In this document: in pieces, positions 31,386 to 41,621 of the stretch
Position numbering within the stretch: the first letter of the stretch is position 1
Layout of the letters: the number at the start of each line of letters is the position of its first letter
DNA from: Terriglobia bacterium
GTDB taxonomy: Bacteria > Acidobacteriota > Terriglobia > JAJPHL01 > JAPKYU01
DNA length: 64,000 nucleotides
Reading direction: 5' to 3'
Assembly: GCA_965206645.1 (NCBI GenBank)
Contig: CBDBKE010000004.1
Coordinates: 1,920,001 to 1,984,000, forward strand
Position numbers and translations under genes: made by a program
Notes under the pieces: model-generated
The model's database searches: none
The model's input: only the letters and a program-made list of their open reading frames with translations
What the model was told of the DNA's origin: nothing

Positions 31386-31525
31386 GTTGCTTTTCCACTC
31401 GTTCCCTGCATTCGGGGGGAAGGCAATTTCAATCTATATGCCTGGAAGGTCCATCAGCAACCCTCAAGTTTGATTGCTGAGGTCAGGCCCGCTTGATGCC
31501 CGTGTTCCCTGATTGAAGTAACTAG

Positions 31526-32527
31526 CCGGAATTTCCTTTTTGGCCTTCCGGCGATTGAAAATATACACGCATCTGCGTCCCAGCGAGTACAATGTTTTCT
31601 CCGCGAGGACCATCGGCTCCGAGCGTCCCTTTCGGGGTCCCCTAAAACCGTCCGATCAGCATCCAAACCCAGCTTTTTCAGACAACTCTCCATACCTGGG
31701 GGATAGCGGCATCGTTTTCTTGTGTGCCGTAGCCCAGGCTATCCCGACGGGAGTGCCCATCCATCGATCCGCCCCAGCATGCTGGCAAACAGCCGTCGGG
31801 TCAAATGGCCCTCGGCCAGCAGGAGCCAGTAGTACCGTGCGTGTTTTACGAGCCGTCCTCCGGTTTTCACCAGCCGCTGCTGGAGGCTCGTCAAGGACCA
31901 TTTCTCGATTCTCTGTGGCAGCACTAGCCGTCGCCATAGGTTGCCCAGGTTGTAGGCGATGATCGTCAGCCAAAGCCGTACCTCGTTAGATCGGAACTTG
32001 TGGCAACTGAGCCGCGTCATCTTCACCGCCTGCTTGCCTTCCTTGATCCACTGTTCTGCGGTGCCGCGCTTGTTATAGAACCGCACCACCGCCCGATTCG
32101 GCAGCGTCAGATTCGTTACAATGAACCCCACTCGCGGGAACAACTCCCCGGAATGATGCTCTACTTTCGCCACCACCCTTCGAGCCGTCTTCCAACCGGC
32201 TGCCTGGTACAAGAACCCCTTGTACTCGACCAGCGGTTTCTTGGTGGGCCTTCCCACGGGGCGTTTCAGTAGCTCTTCGATGTCTCGCTGCAGAATATCG
32301 TTGGCCGGGATGCGAATTGCGTACTTCACACCCCGTTCCTCCAATGCCTCGTACACCTCCGGCTTGGCAAAGGCCGCGTCCGCCCGAAACGCAATCTCTT
32401 TTCCCATTCTTTGCTGGCGCTCAATCTCGGGTAACAGGAGTTTCTCCCAACCCTCGGCACTGTGCACGTTGCCCGGCCGCAGCTTCGCCGCCAGGCAATC
32501 GCCTTGCTGGTTGAACAGCAGCAGCGG
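31526..32527 (-). mobile_element. IS1380 copy c, 5'-truncated by IS3
   Basis: IRR CCGGAATTTCC at 31526; ORF 31739..32467 nearly identical to copy a C-terminal half. Confidence 0.9.
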
Positions 32528-32805
32528 TGACCAGACCGATTTTTTGTACCAACCGTAGTGAGAGTTTACATCGCAGCCTGGGGCTGTGAAACTGGTTTCA
32601 GTGGCAGGGGAGGGCTATAGGCCCCCGGCGCCGGGGGCCTATAGCCGAGCGCCGAGTGCGGCCGCACCGTGTTGTATTGCACCCTCCACTGTTCAATCAG
32701 CACCTGTGCCTCCTTCAACGAGTAGAAGATCTCTCCATTCAGGCATTCGTCCCGCAGCTTCCCATTGAAACTCTCGCAGTACCCGTTCTCCCAGGGACTG
32801 CCCGG
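32528..32805 (-). mobile_element. IS3 type B right-end fragment
   Basis: Reverse complement of the last ~280 bp of 4689-5938. Confidence 0.9.
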
Positions 32806-32890
32806 TGACCTGACCGGCACTTTTTGTACCAAGTGGAAAGAGAGAGAATCCACTTGAGGAGGAAGTGAGGTCATGCCGACAAGGAATGAC
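32806..32890 (+). mobile_element. IS3 type B left end (continues at 41622)
   Basis: TGACCTGACC..ATGCCGACAAGGAATGAC. Confidence 0.88.
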
Positions 32891-32996
32891 CCCGGATTTC
32901 CTTTATGAACTATCGGCGGCAACCTTCTGAATGACTCCAACGTCAGTATTGATGCGGGTTCCAGCATCAACATTGCCTTCCGGAGGTGTACACCGA

Positions 32997-34325
32997 ATGG
33001 GTGAGAGCCAAAAACAGGCGTTTCAACTGTCATTCAACCGGTTTCTGCGGGTCACATTTCAGGGATCGCGAATCACTTCCGACGGCGGTCTGATTGTGGT
33101 GCGCGAGTTGGACGAACGTTTGGGGTTCGGCGAACTTATCGAACAGCACTTGATCGACTCTCGGGGGAAGAACACCCGGTTGCCCCTCGCTGACTTGCTG
33201 CGGCAGTCCATCTACAGCCGCTTGGCAGGATACGAAGACGTCAACGACGCCGAGCGGCTTTCCCAAGATCCGACGTTCCGGCTGATCGGTTCGGAGAAGA
33301 TCTGGGAACGTGGCGCAGCCCTGACTTCCCGGTTACAGTCGTTCGAGACAGAACTGCTGACGCAAGACGAGAACCTTGCTGGTTTGGCAGCGATCAACCG
33401 GGATTTGATCGCCAGGGCGGAAGCTATGGATGCGCCGCGCCGGGTGGTGCTGGACATGGACAGCACCGAGATCCCGGTCTACGGCGAACAGGAGCAGAGC
33501 GCCTACAACGGGCATTTCGAGTCGAGTTGCTATCACCCGTTGTTGCTGTTCAGTCGCGAGGGTGACTGTCTGGCGGCCAAGCTGCGACCCGGCAACGTGC
33601 ACAGCGCCGAGGATTGGGAAGAACTTCTCCTGCCAGAGATCGAACGGCAGCAGAAGCTGGGCAAGGAAGTGGTGTTTCGCGCCGACGCCGCCTTCGCCAA
33701 GCCGGAGATCTACGACGCACTGGAGGAGCGGGACGTGAAGTATGCGATTCGCATCCCGGCCAACGACAGTCTGGAGAGGGACATCGCGGAGTTGTTGACG
33801 CGGCCAGTGGGGCGACCGAGCCACAAGCCGGTGGTCTGGTACAAGAGCTTTCTCTACCAGGCAGCCAGTTGGAAAAAGGCGCGGCGGGTGGTGGCGAAGG
33901 TGGAGTTCCACTTTGGCGAACTGTTCCCTCGCGTGGGGTTCATCGTCACCAATCTGGAGACCGACAGCCGGGCGGTGGTCCGGTTCTACAACAAGCGGGG
34001 CACCGCAGAGCAATGGATCAAGGAAGGCAAGCAGGCGGTAAAGATGACCCGGCTGAGTTGCCATCGGTTTCGGTCGAACGAGGTGCGCCTATGGCTGAGC
34101 CTGATCGCCTACAACTTGGGAAACCTGTGGCGGCGGCTGGTGCTACCGAAGAGGATCAACAACTGGTCGCTGACGAGTTTGCAGCAGCGGCTGGTGAAAA
34201 CGGGCGGACGGCTGGTGAAACATGCGCGATATTACTGGCTTTTGCTGGCCGAAGGGCACTTGAGCCGGAGGCTGTTCAGCAGCATGCTGCGAACGATCTC
34301 GGCACTGCCGCTGCCAGACGGCTAG
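32997..34325 (+). CDS. IS1380 transposase
   Basis: Full-length, same motifs as copy b. Confidence 0.93.
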   Translation: MGESQKQAFQLSFNRFLRVTFQGSRITSDGGLIVVRELDERLGFGELIEQHLIDSRGKNTRLPLADLLRQSIYSRLAGYEDVNDAERLSQDPTFRLIGSEKIWERGAALTSRLQSFETELLTQDENLAGLAAINRDLIARAEAMDAPRRVVLDMDSTEIPVYGEQEQSAYNGHFESSCYHPLLLFSREGDCLAAKLRPGNVHSAEDWEELLLPEIERQQKLGKEVVFRADAAFAKPEIYDALEERDVKYAIRIPANDSLERDIAELLTRPVGRPSHKPVVWYKSFLYQAASWKKARRVVAKVEFHFGELFPRVGFIVTNLETDSRAVVRFYNKRGTAEQWIKEGKQAVKMTRLSCHRFRSNEVRLWLSLIAYNLGNLWRRLVLPKRINNWSLTSLQQRLVKTGGRLVKHARYYWLLLAEGHLSRRLFSSMLRTISALPLPDG

Positions 34326-34484
34326 CGACCCAGGAGAGAGGGTAATTTTAGGTGCTCAGAAGTGGTCGGGCCGGACAAGTGTCAGCGGCGAGGCAGGCTG
34401 GGCAGGCGAAACCCGCACAGCGACTCCGAAGAACAGCCAAAATGTGCCGCACTACCACCTCAAAGAGGCCCGGGCGATTTGCGA

Positions 34485-34513
34485 TTGACACGACAGGGTA
34501 AGAGGCATAGGTT
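34485..34513 (+). promoter_or_regulatory. Putative IS1380 outward promoter
   Basis: TTGACA-17 bp-TAGGTT just inside the IRR; copy b has TTGACA-17-TAGCTT. Confidence 0.55.
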
Positions 34514-34603
34514 TTCGGGTGAAGGTGAAGCTCAAAATGGAAATTCCGGATAATATGAGTCAACAGGACCTTCTTGGCTTTCTAGCCGTTGGAGTGCGAC
34601 TTC

Positions 34604-35284
34604 ATGAGAGCTCATTACTTGCAGCACGTTCCATTCGAAGGACTCGGCAGCATCGAGTCATGGCTCCGCTCAGCCCGATATGAGATAACGCGCACCCCGT
34701 TCTTCGAATCGACCGATCTGCCTGCGGCCCGAAAGGTCGACTTCGTGACCGTGATGGGCGGTCCCATGAGCGTGAATGATGACACCCGGCATCCCTGGCT
34801 GGTGGACGAGAAACGTTTCATTCGCGACTGCATCCAGACGGGGAAGCCGGTTCTAGGCGTGTGTCTCGGCGCCCAACTGATTGCCAGCGCTATGGGTGCC
34901 AAGGTCTATCCGAACCCCGCGAAGGAGATCGGCTGGTTTCCCGTCGAAGCGGCGTCCTCGGACAACGAGTTTGGCTTGCCTTCCGCTATAACAGTGCTCC
35001 ACTGGCACGGCGAAACGTTCGATTTGCCGGATGGTGCGCGATTGCTGGCCAGGAGCGAAGCCTGTGAAAACCAGGCGTTCCAGTTTGGGAACCGGGTGCT
35101 GGGTCTTCAGTTTCATCTGGAAACCACACCCGATGCGGCCCGGCAGCTTGTCGAACACTGTCGGGGAGAGCTGCTGCCGTCAAAGTACGTGCAGTCCGAG
35201 GAGGAGATTCTTGCGGCACCGGCCGAAAGGTATCAGACGATCAACAATCTGATGGCTCAGATACTGTTCCGACTGAATGGTTAG
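34604..35284 (+). CDS. Type 1 glutamine amidotransferase (GATase1-like)
   Basis: QHVPFEGLG, MGGPMS, GVCLGAQL, HWHGE, QFHLE triad. Confidence 0.9.
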   Translation: MRAHYLQHVPFEGLGSIESWLRSARYEITRTPFFESTDLPAARKVDFVTVMGGPMSVNDDTRHPWLVDEKRFIRDCIQTGKPVLGVCLGAQLIASAMGAKVYPNPAKEIGWFPVEAASSDNEFGLPSAITVLHWHGETFDLPDGARLLARSEACENQAFQFGNRVLGLQFHLETTPDAARQLVEHCRGELLPSKYVQSEEEILAAPAERYQTINNLMAQILFRLNG

Positions 35285-35679
35285 TAGGACACGAAAGACG
35301 GAACCTTGGCTTTTCCTGAGTCGATTGCTCCGGCCTTCCCGGAAACATCTCTCTCCGACACCAACGGACGAAGAAGAACCGTACACGGTTATGGAAGTTC
35401 TGCAGCTCCTTCGGGTTAAGCAGCGGCCGGACGCATCACTACCTTATATGCATCTTTGGAGAGGTCATGTTCAGCTAAAGAGCCGCCTCGATCCGGTTTT
35501 CGTGGATCTCGGCTAATACCAGTGTCAAGTGTCAATTGACCTTTAATAGATTCGGGCCGTAAAGTTGTTACAGGTTAAGTCATCCCTGTCGCCAGCCCGA
35601 GGATCCTCTCCGGCGGTGCCCATCGGGTTCTGGAGACGCTTGGGTTCGAGGGAGAGTATTCAAGACCATGGTTGCCCAC

Positions 35680-35890
35680 TTTGCAACCGCCACGCTTGTC
35701 AGTTTCGGGAACGGAATGGCATCGTCAGCGGTGAGAGCGTGCCCTTCTTCCCGCCGCACCTCGGGCAGTTCGATGCCTTGGCTGGAGAGCTAGCCGAAGG
35801 AAACACTTTTTGTCCGGGTGTACTTGAACAGGCGGTTGACCACGTTGCGGATATGCACGGCGGTCTGCACTCTGTAACCCTCGCCGAGCT
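35680..35890 (-). pseudogene. Possible degenerate tyrosine-recombinase fragment
   Basis: GYRVQTAVHIRNVVNRLFK..QGIELPEVRREEGHALT with an internal stop. Confidence 0.3.
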
Positions 35891-35995
35891 TGCAGTTGAA
35901 TGGATAGGGGCTGCTATAATCGGGGAGGCCTCAAAGCGACGGTACCGTGACGAGCCTGTTTCTCAGCGTTTTCCGGTCATGCAAGGAGTGAAGCC

Positions 35996-37432
35996 ATGAA
36001 CTTCGAGGAATTCCAGCGGATTCAAACGCGGCGCAGTTTTTTCCGGGACTGCGTGGGTGGCTTGGGCTCGATTGCTCTATGGCACTTGCTGGCCTGCGAA
36101 GGGTGGGCGGGAAGCACTGGGGAAGCGGCACCGAACGCCAATCCTCTGACGGTCAAGCCGCCCCATTTTCCGGCCAAGGCCAAGAACGTCATACTTCTGT
36201 ACATGGACGGCGGCCCAAGCCAAATCGATCTGTTCGATCCCAAGCCGGAGATGAAGAAATGGGAGGGCCAATCTCTGCCGCCTTCCATGACCAAGGATTT
36301 GAAATTGGCCTTCATCAAGCCGACGGCCAAAGTTTGGGCGAGCCCGCGCACGTTCCGGCGCTGCGGGCAAAGCGGCATTGAGTTTTCGGATTGGATGCCT
36401 CACCTTGCGAACCATGCCGACGACATGTGCATGATCCGCTCGATGTACACGGAGCAGTTCAACCACCACCCCGCCCAGTTAATGCTCCAGAGCGGAACGG
36501 CGCTGGTGGGGCGCCCCACGATGGGCGCGTGGGCACTCTACGGACTGGGAAGCGAGTCCGACAGCCTGCCGGGTTTCGTCGTGCTGCGAACGGGATCGGT
36601 TTCCCCCGGCGCGGGCAGCGGGAATTGGTCGAGCGGATTCCTGCCATCCACCTACGCGGGCGTTCCCTTCCGCAGTAGTGGTGACCCGGTCCTCTACCTG
36701 TCCAACCCAGGAGGCGTTACTCAAGAGCTGCAACGATCTACCCTCGACGGGCTCCGCGATCTAAACGAGATGCGCCACCTGGAAACCGGGAATGTGGAAA
36801 TCGCTTCTCGCATCGCTTCCTACGAGCTGGCGTTCCGAATGCAGATGGCGGCTCCGGAACTGGCGGACCTCTCCAAAGAGTCGCCCAGCACGCTGGAGAT
36901 GTACGGCGTGAACAAGAAACCGACCAAGGTCTTCGGCACCAACTGCCTGCTGGCCAGGCGGTTAGTCGAGCGCGGGGTTCGGTTTGTGCAGTTGATGCAC
37001 GGGAGTTGGGACCACCATGCCAGTCTCCTTAAGGGTCTCAAGGAGAACTGCGACATCATTGACCAGCCGATTGCCGCATTGCTGAAGGACCTGAAGCAGC
37101 GCGGTTTGCTGGACTCCACGTTGGTCATCTGGGGAGGAGAGTTTGGGCGTACTCCTCTGGTGCAGGACACGAACCCGGAGGAGGGCGGCGAGGGGCGCGA
37201 CCACCATCCGTTTGCTTTCACCATGTGGATGGCCGGAGGGGGCGTCAAGAGCGGGCAGATCGTCGGGCGAACGGACGACCTAGGCCTGCAGATCGTCGAG
37301 GACAAGATCCATATCCACGACCTGCATGCCACCATCCTGCACTGCCTGGGGCTCGATCACAAGCGATTGGTTTTCGATGATTTGCGGCTCACCACCCTTG
37401 GCGGCGAAGTGGTGCATAAGTTGTTGGCATAG
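35996..37432 (+). CDS. DUF1501 domain protein (sulfatase-like fold, Tat-like leader)
   Basis: TRRSFF, GGPSQIDLFDPKP, LLARRLVERGVRFVQ, WDHH, GEFGRTP, GRDHHP. Confidence 0.92.
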   Translation: MNFEEFQRIQTRRSFFRDCVGGLGSIALWHLLACEGWAGSTGEAAPNANPLTVKPPHFPAKAKNVILLYMDGGPSQIDLFDPKPEMKKWEGQSLPPSMTKDLKLAFIKPTAKVWASPRTFRRCGQSGIEFSDWMPHLANHADDMCMIRSMYTEQFNHHPAQLMLQSGTALVGRPTMGAWALYGLGSESDSLPGFVVLRTGSVSPGAGSGNWSSGFLPSTYAGVPFRSSGDPVLYLSNPGGVTQELQRSTLDGLRDLNEMRHLETGNVEIASRIASYELAFRMQMAAPELADLSKESPSTLEMYGVNKKPTKVFGTNCLLARRLVERGVRFVQLMHGSWDHHASLLKGLKENCDIIDQPIAALLKDLKQRGLLDSTLVIWGGEFGRTPLVQDTNPEEGGEGRDHHPFAFTMWMAGGGVKSGQIVGRTDDLGLQIVEDKIHIHDLHATILHCLGLDHKRLVFDDLRLTTLGGEVVHKLLA

Positions 37433-37436
37433 GAGT

Positions 37437-38665
37437 TGCCAGCTCAACCGGTCGATGCAACACAAGCGTTAAATCGTTCTGCCGGAGTTTCAAACTCCAG
37501 CGTCTGACGGGGCCGTTCGTTCAGCTGACGTGCCACCTTGTTCAGATGCGCCTGAGAGTGCACCGACAAGTCCGTTCCCTTGGGGAAGTACTGTCGGAGT
37601 AGACCGTTGGTGTTCTCATTCGAACCGCGCTGCCATGGACTCTGAGGATCACAGAAGTATACGTCAATGTCGGTCGCCAACGTGAACCGTCGATGCTCGG
37701 CGAGCTCCAGGCCTCGATCCCAAGTCAGAGATTTGTACAGTTCCGTCGGCAGCTTCTTCGCGTGCTTGATGAGCGCCGACACGACCGTCTCCGTTTTCTT
37801 GCTGGATACTTTCGTAAGCATCACGTAGCGCGTATGACGTTCGACCAGAGTCGCAATGTGGCTGTTCTTCGATCCGGACAGCAGATCGCCTTCCCAATGA
37901 CCGGGCACGGCACGATCTTCGACCGAGGCCGGGCGCTCACGGATCGATACGATGTCGGTGATCTGTCCTCGTCCATGGCCTCTCAGACTTGCATGTCGGG
38001 ATCGACGAATCGTCCGCTTTGACCGCAGATGCTGCATCAGCTCTGCCTTCAGCGCACCGCGGGCTTGAACAAACAGGCTGCGGTAGATGGTCTCGTGAGA
38101 CACGTGATAGGACGGATCCTTCGGATAGGCTCGTTTCAGCCAGCTGGCGATCTGCTCAGGCGACCAGTTTATGCTGAGCTTTCTGGCCACTACCCGTCGT
38201 AGTTGTGGATGCTTGACCAGCTGACACCGCTTCGGCCGGCGGGCCCTCTCCCCGGCTTGCTCATCGGCCTCCGCTGCTCGATAGTCATTATCGCCGCCAT
38301 TCCGCCGAATCTCCCGGCTCACCGTCGATGGTGAGCGACCCAGCAACCCGGCGATGGATCGTATCGATTGATGTGCCGCAATGCCTCGAGAGATCTCTTC
38401 GCGCTCCGACAACGTCAGTGCCCAACATGAACGGCGTGGTGGCCGAGGACGGATGCCTCCGTACGGAGCAAGCTGATGGTAAACAGACGATGGCTGCTTA
38501 CAAAACACTCGTCCAATCGACTTGAGCGACTCCCCTCGTTTCCACCGATCCCACACCTCCTCCAGTTCCGCCAGCGTGTAACCGCGACGAGCTCTTTGCT
38601 TCATCCGCATACACTCCACCTCCTCCTTTCAAGGCAAAGTGTTGCGTCGATGGGTTGAGACCACC
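37437..38665 (-). mobile_element. IS30-family element
   Basis: IRs CTCAACCGGTCGATGCAACAC / GTGTTGCGTCGATGGGTTGAG; GT 2-bp flanks. Confidence 0.88.
37444..38619 (-). CDS. IS30 transposase
   Basis: WSPEQI, SHETIY, GHWEGDL, PWQRGSNENTNGLLRQY. Confidence 0.93.
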   Translation of the reverse strand: MECMRMKQRARRGYTLAELEEVWDRWKRGESLKSIGRVFCKQPSSVYHQLAPYGGIRPRPPRRSCWALTLSEREEISRGIAAHQSIRSIAGLLGRSPSTVSREIRRNGGDNDYRAAEADEQAGERARRPKRCQLVKHPQLRRVVARKLSINWSPEQIASWLKRAYPKDPSYHVSHETIYRSLFVQARGALKAELMQHLRSKRTIRRSRHASLRGHGRGQITDIVSIRERPASVEDRAVPGHWEGDLLSGSKNSHIATLVERHTRYVMLTKVSSKKTETVVSALIKHAKKLPTELYKSLTWDRGLELAEHRRFTLATDIDVYFCDPQSPWQRGSNENTNGLLRQYFPKGTDLSVHSQAHLNKVARQLNERPRQTLEFETPAERFNACVASTG

Positions 38666-38675
38666 GTTCATTCTC

Positions 38676-41285
38676 ATGTTCGGACGCGTTTTTGCATCCA
38701 GCGTTGCGGTCCTTTTCCTTCCGGGAATTCCTTACGTCCCCCAGTTGGCCGAGGAAGTAGACATCCAGGCTCTGCCTCCTGCGGCAAAGAGCCAGGCTGA
38801 TTTTTCGCGGGACGTCGAGCCGCTGTTTCGGGAGAGGTGCTACACCTGCCATGGTCCGCAGCAGCAGATGAGCGGGCTTCGTCTGGACAGCAAGGCGGCC
38901 GCGCTGGCCGGAGGTTACTCGGGGCCGGTGATCAAGCCTGGCAACAGTGCCGAAAGCAAGCTGATCCACCTGGTCGCGGGGCTAAAAAAAGATCTGATCA
39001 TGCCCATGGGGGAGGAACGGCTCACCCCGGAGCAGGTGGATTTGCTGCGCGCGTGGATCGACCAGGGAGCGGAGTGGCCCGAAGAGGGCGCGGCTGCGAA
39101 GGAACTCCTGGAAGCGAAGAGCACGCATTGGGCGTTCCGTCCGCTGCAACGCCTTTCGCCTCCCAAGGTGCGCAACCAGGCGTGGGTTCGCAATCCCATT
39201 GACGCGTTTATCCTGGCCAAGCTCGAGGCCGAGGGCATCGAGCCGTCGGACGAAGCAGATCGGGCGACCTTGATCCGGCGGCTGAGTTTCGATCTCACCG
39301 GTTTACCTCCGACCCCGGAGGAAGTAGCCCAGTTCCTGGCTGACCAGCGCCTGGGTGCATATGAGCGGCTAGTGGAGCGCCTGTTGGCCTCCCCTCACTA
39401 CGGAGAGAGATGGGCGCGGCAGTGGCTCGACTTAGCGCATTATGCCGACAGCGACGGGTATGAAAAGGACAATCTACGGCCGCATGCCTGGCAATGGCGC
39501 GATTGGGTGATTCAGGCTCTGAACCGCAACATGCGTTTCGACCAGTTCACCGTCGAGCAAATCGCGGGAGACTTATTGCCCAATGCCACGATGCAACACA
39601 GGATTGCCACCGGGTTTCTGCGTAACACCCTGACCAACCGGGAAGGGGGGATCAACAAGGAAGAAGATCGCGTGAAACAGGTGGTGGATCGGACCTCAAC
39701 GGTGGGGACCGTCTGGATTGGCGTGACGATGGGTTGTGCGGTCTGTCACGATCACAAATACGATCCAATCACTCAGAAAGACTTTCATCAATTGTCTGCG
39801 TTTTTCAACACCGCCATGGAGAAGGATATTGAGGCGCCCCGTCCATGGGAATTGGGCGCGTACCTGCAAGGCAGGGCAGCGTACGACAAGAAGAGAAAAG
39901 CATTGCTGGAGGAATATAAAGTCGAAGAATACCAGCCGGACTGGGAACGGAAAGTGCTGCTGGCCGCGGCAAGTCCGGGTGTGGATCCTCCCTATGACAG
40001 CTCCTGGAGCAGTTTGGAAATCGAACTCGACGGCGGGCAGGAGATAGTGAAGCTCGACCCTGCCCTACGAACGCCGAAGCAAAGGGATAAGCTGACCTAC
40101 CATTTCGTCCGGTTTTCGGGAGAACCGTTTGGCGAAATGAAGTACAAGGAACTGAAGTTTAAGGAACTCAAGGGCAAGTTGGATGCGCTGAAGCAAGAGT
40201 ATCCAGGACTGAGCGAAGCTCAAATTCTGGTCGAGAATCCTGATCCTCCCAAGACACACATTTTAATCCGAGGCGAATACACCAATCCTGGGATTGAAGT
40301 CCGACCTGACGTACCGGCAGTTTTGACCTCCATTTCCAATGGCTCAACTCCTACCCGGCTCACCCTCGCCCGGTGGCTGGTTGCGAAGGACAATCCCCTA
40401 ACGGCGCGCGTTTGGGTCAACCGTGCCTGGCAGGAATTCTTTGGCCGCGGGCTGGTGGAAACTTCGGGAGATTTCGGCACGCAAGGAACCCAGCCCACGC
40501 ATCCGGAACTGCTGGATTGGCTGGCGACCGAATTCATGGGTAATGGCTGGAACATGAAGGGGATGCACAGGCTCATGGTGGAGTCGGCCACCTACCGCCA
40601 GTCCGCGAAGATGAGAGATGATTTACAGGAGCGCGATGCTCATAACAAGTTGCTTGCCCGCCAGACGCATCTCCGGCTGCCAGCAGAATCGATCCGCGAT
40701 GCGGCACTGGCGGCCAGCGGGTTGCTGAATCGAACGATCGGGGGGAAGAGCACCCGTCCGCCCCTGCCGCCGGGTGTGATGGAGTTGGGCTTTTGGGGTA
40801 CGGGCAAATGGAAGGAGAGTACCGGAGCGGACCGTTACCGGCGGGGTCTTTACACGATGTTCGTGCGCACCACACCGTACCCGCAGTTGGTCAACTTTGA
40901 CGCGCCGGAGTCTCTGCTGTCCTGCACCCAGCGAGAGCGGTCCACCACGCCGCTGCAGGCGCTGAACCTTCTCAACGATCCGGTATTTGTCGAAGCAGCG
41001 CAGGTGATGGCCGTCAGGATTCTGCGGGAGGAACGAGGCAGCTGGGAGGACCGGCTGAATTACGCCTTCCGGCTTTCCCTGGGTCGAGATCCCCAACCGC
41101 AGGAAAAAGATCGCCTGGCTGGCTACTACCAGCAGCAGAGGCAGCTTCTGGAGAAACAAACAGAGTTGGCAGACAGCTTATTCCCCGCAATCGAGATAGA
41201 AGGGGTTGACCCTTTGGAGGCAGCGGCCTGGTTTGGGGTTTGTCGACTTCTGCTGAATCTGGATGAATTTATCACCAGGAGTTAA
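38676..41285 (+). CDS. PSD1 / planctomycete cytochrome c domain protein (PSCyt1, DUF1549, DUF1553)
   Basis: CYTCH and CAVCH haem motifs, HWAF, RRLSFDLTGLPP, YGERWAR, HPELLDWLA, PLQALNLLN. Confidence 0.92.
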   Translation: MFGRVFASSVAVLFLPGIPYVPQLAEEVDIQALPPAAKSQADFSRDVEPLFRERCYTCHGPQQQMSGLRLDSKAAALAGGYSGPVIKPGNSAESKLIHLVAGLKKDLIMPMGEERLTPEQVDLLRAWIDQGAEWPEEGAAAKELLEAKSTHWAFRPLQRLSPPKVRNQAWVRNPIDAFILAKLEAEGIEPSDEADRATLIRRLSFDLTGLPPTPEEVAQFLADQRLGAYERLVERLLASPHYGERWARQWLDLAHYADSDGYEKDNLRPHAWQWRDWVIQALNRNMRFDQFTVEQIAGDLLPNATMQHRIATGFLRNTLTNREGGINKEEDRVKQVVDRTSTVGTVWIGVTMGCAVCHDHKYDPITQKDFHQLSAFFNTAMEKDIEAPRPWELGAYLQGRAAYDKKRKALLEEYKVEEYQPDWERKVLLAAASPGVDPPYDSSWSSLEIELDGGQEIVKLDPALRTPKQRDKLTYHFVRFSGEPFGEMKYKELKFKELKGKLDALKQEYPGLSEAQILVENPDPPKTHILIRGEYTNPGIEVRPDVPAVLTSISNGSTPTRLTLARWLVAKDNPLTARVWVNRAWQEFFGRGLVETSGDFGTQGTQPTHPELLDWLATEFMGNGWNMKGMHRLMVESATYRQSAKMRDDLQERDAHNKLLARQTHLRLPAESIRDAALAASGLLNRTIGGKSTRPPLPPGVMELGFWGTGKWKESTGADRYRRGLYTMFVRTTPYPQLVNFDAPESLLSCTQRERSTTPLQALNLLNDPVFVEAAQVMAVRILREERGSWEDRLNYAFRLSLGRDPQPQEKDRLAGYYQQQRQLLEKQTELADSLFPAIEIEGVDPLEAAAWFGVCRLLLNLDEFITRS

Positions 41286-41337
41286 TTCTTTCTAGTGGAT
41301 CGAGCCGGCCTAACATTCCAGACGGTCCAGCAGTCAC

Positions 41338-41544
41338 TTGGCGACGGTCGTTGAAGCAAATCACGGCGAGACCGAGAGCCACGTGAGCTTCCTGGCACGG
41401 GGAAGTGGGTACACCCTGTTCTTGACCGCCACCGAAGCCGTGCAGTCTTTGAGTTCACCCCAAAGCTCGCAAGACTCCCAGCAGCAGCCAAACAGTTTTC
41501 GCTCTCATCTTGCTGGCCTCCCTTCCCGAAAAGAGCTTGGGTAA
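41338..41544 (+). pseudogene. Remnant of SBBP-protein N-terminus
   Basis: [30 protein letters not shown] matches [30 protein letters not shown] of 11440-15506. Confidence 0.7.
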
Positions 41545-41621
41545 GCGATCTAGCACTTGCCAGCAATGATAGACCGCTTGGCAAGGCCGGATAGCATCGG
41601 TTGTCTTGGTGGTGATTCCTA

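Larger units (their letters stand above)
32891..34549 (+). mobile_element. IS1380 copy d, complete
   Basis: IRL CCCGGATTTCC at 32891; IRR GGAAATTCCGG at 34539-34549. Confidence 0.93.

Noticed and set aside
31521-31525. ACTAG next to IS1380 ends at 31526 and 63854 as a shared target duplication
   Set aside because: Orientation does not give a 5-bp duplication, and only palindromic CTAG is shared; chance or target preference is as likely.
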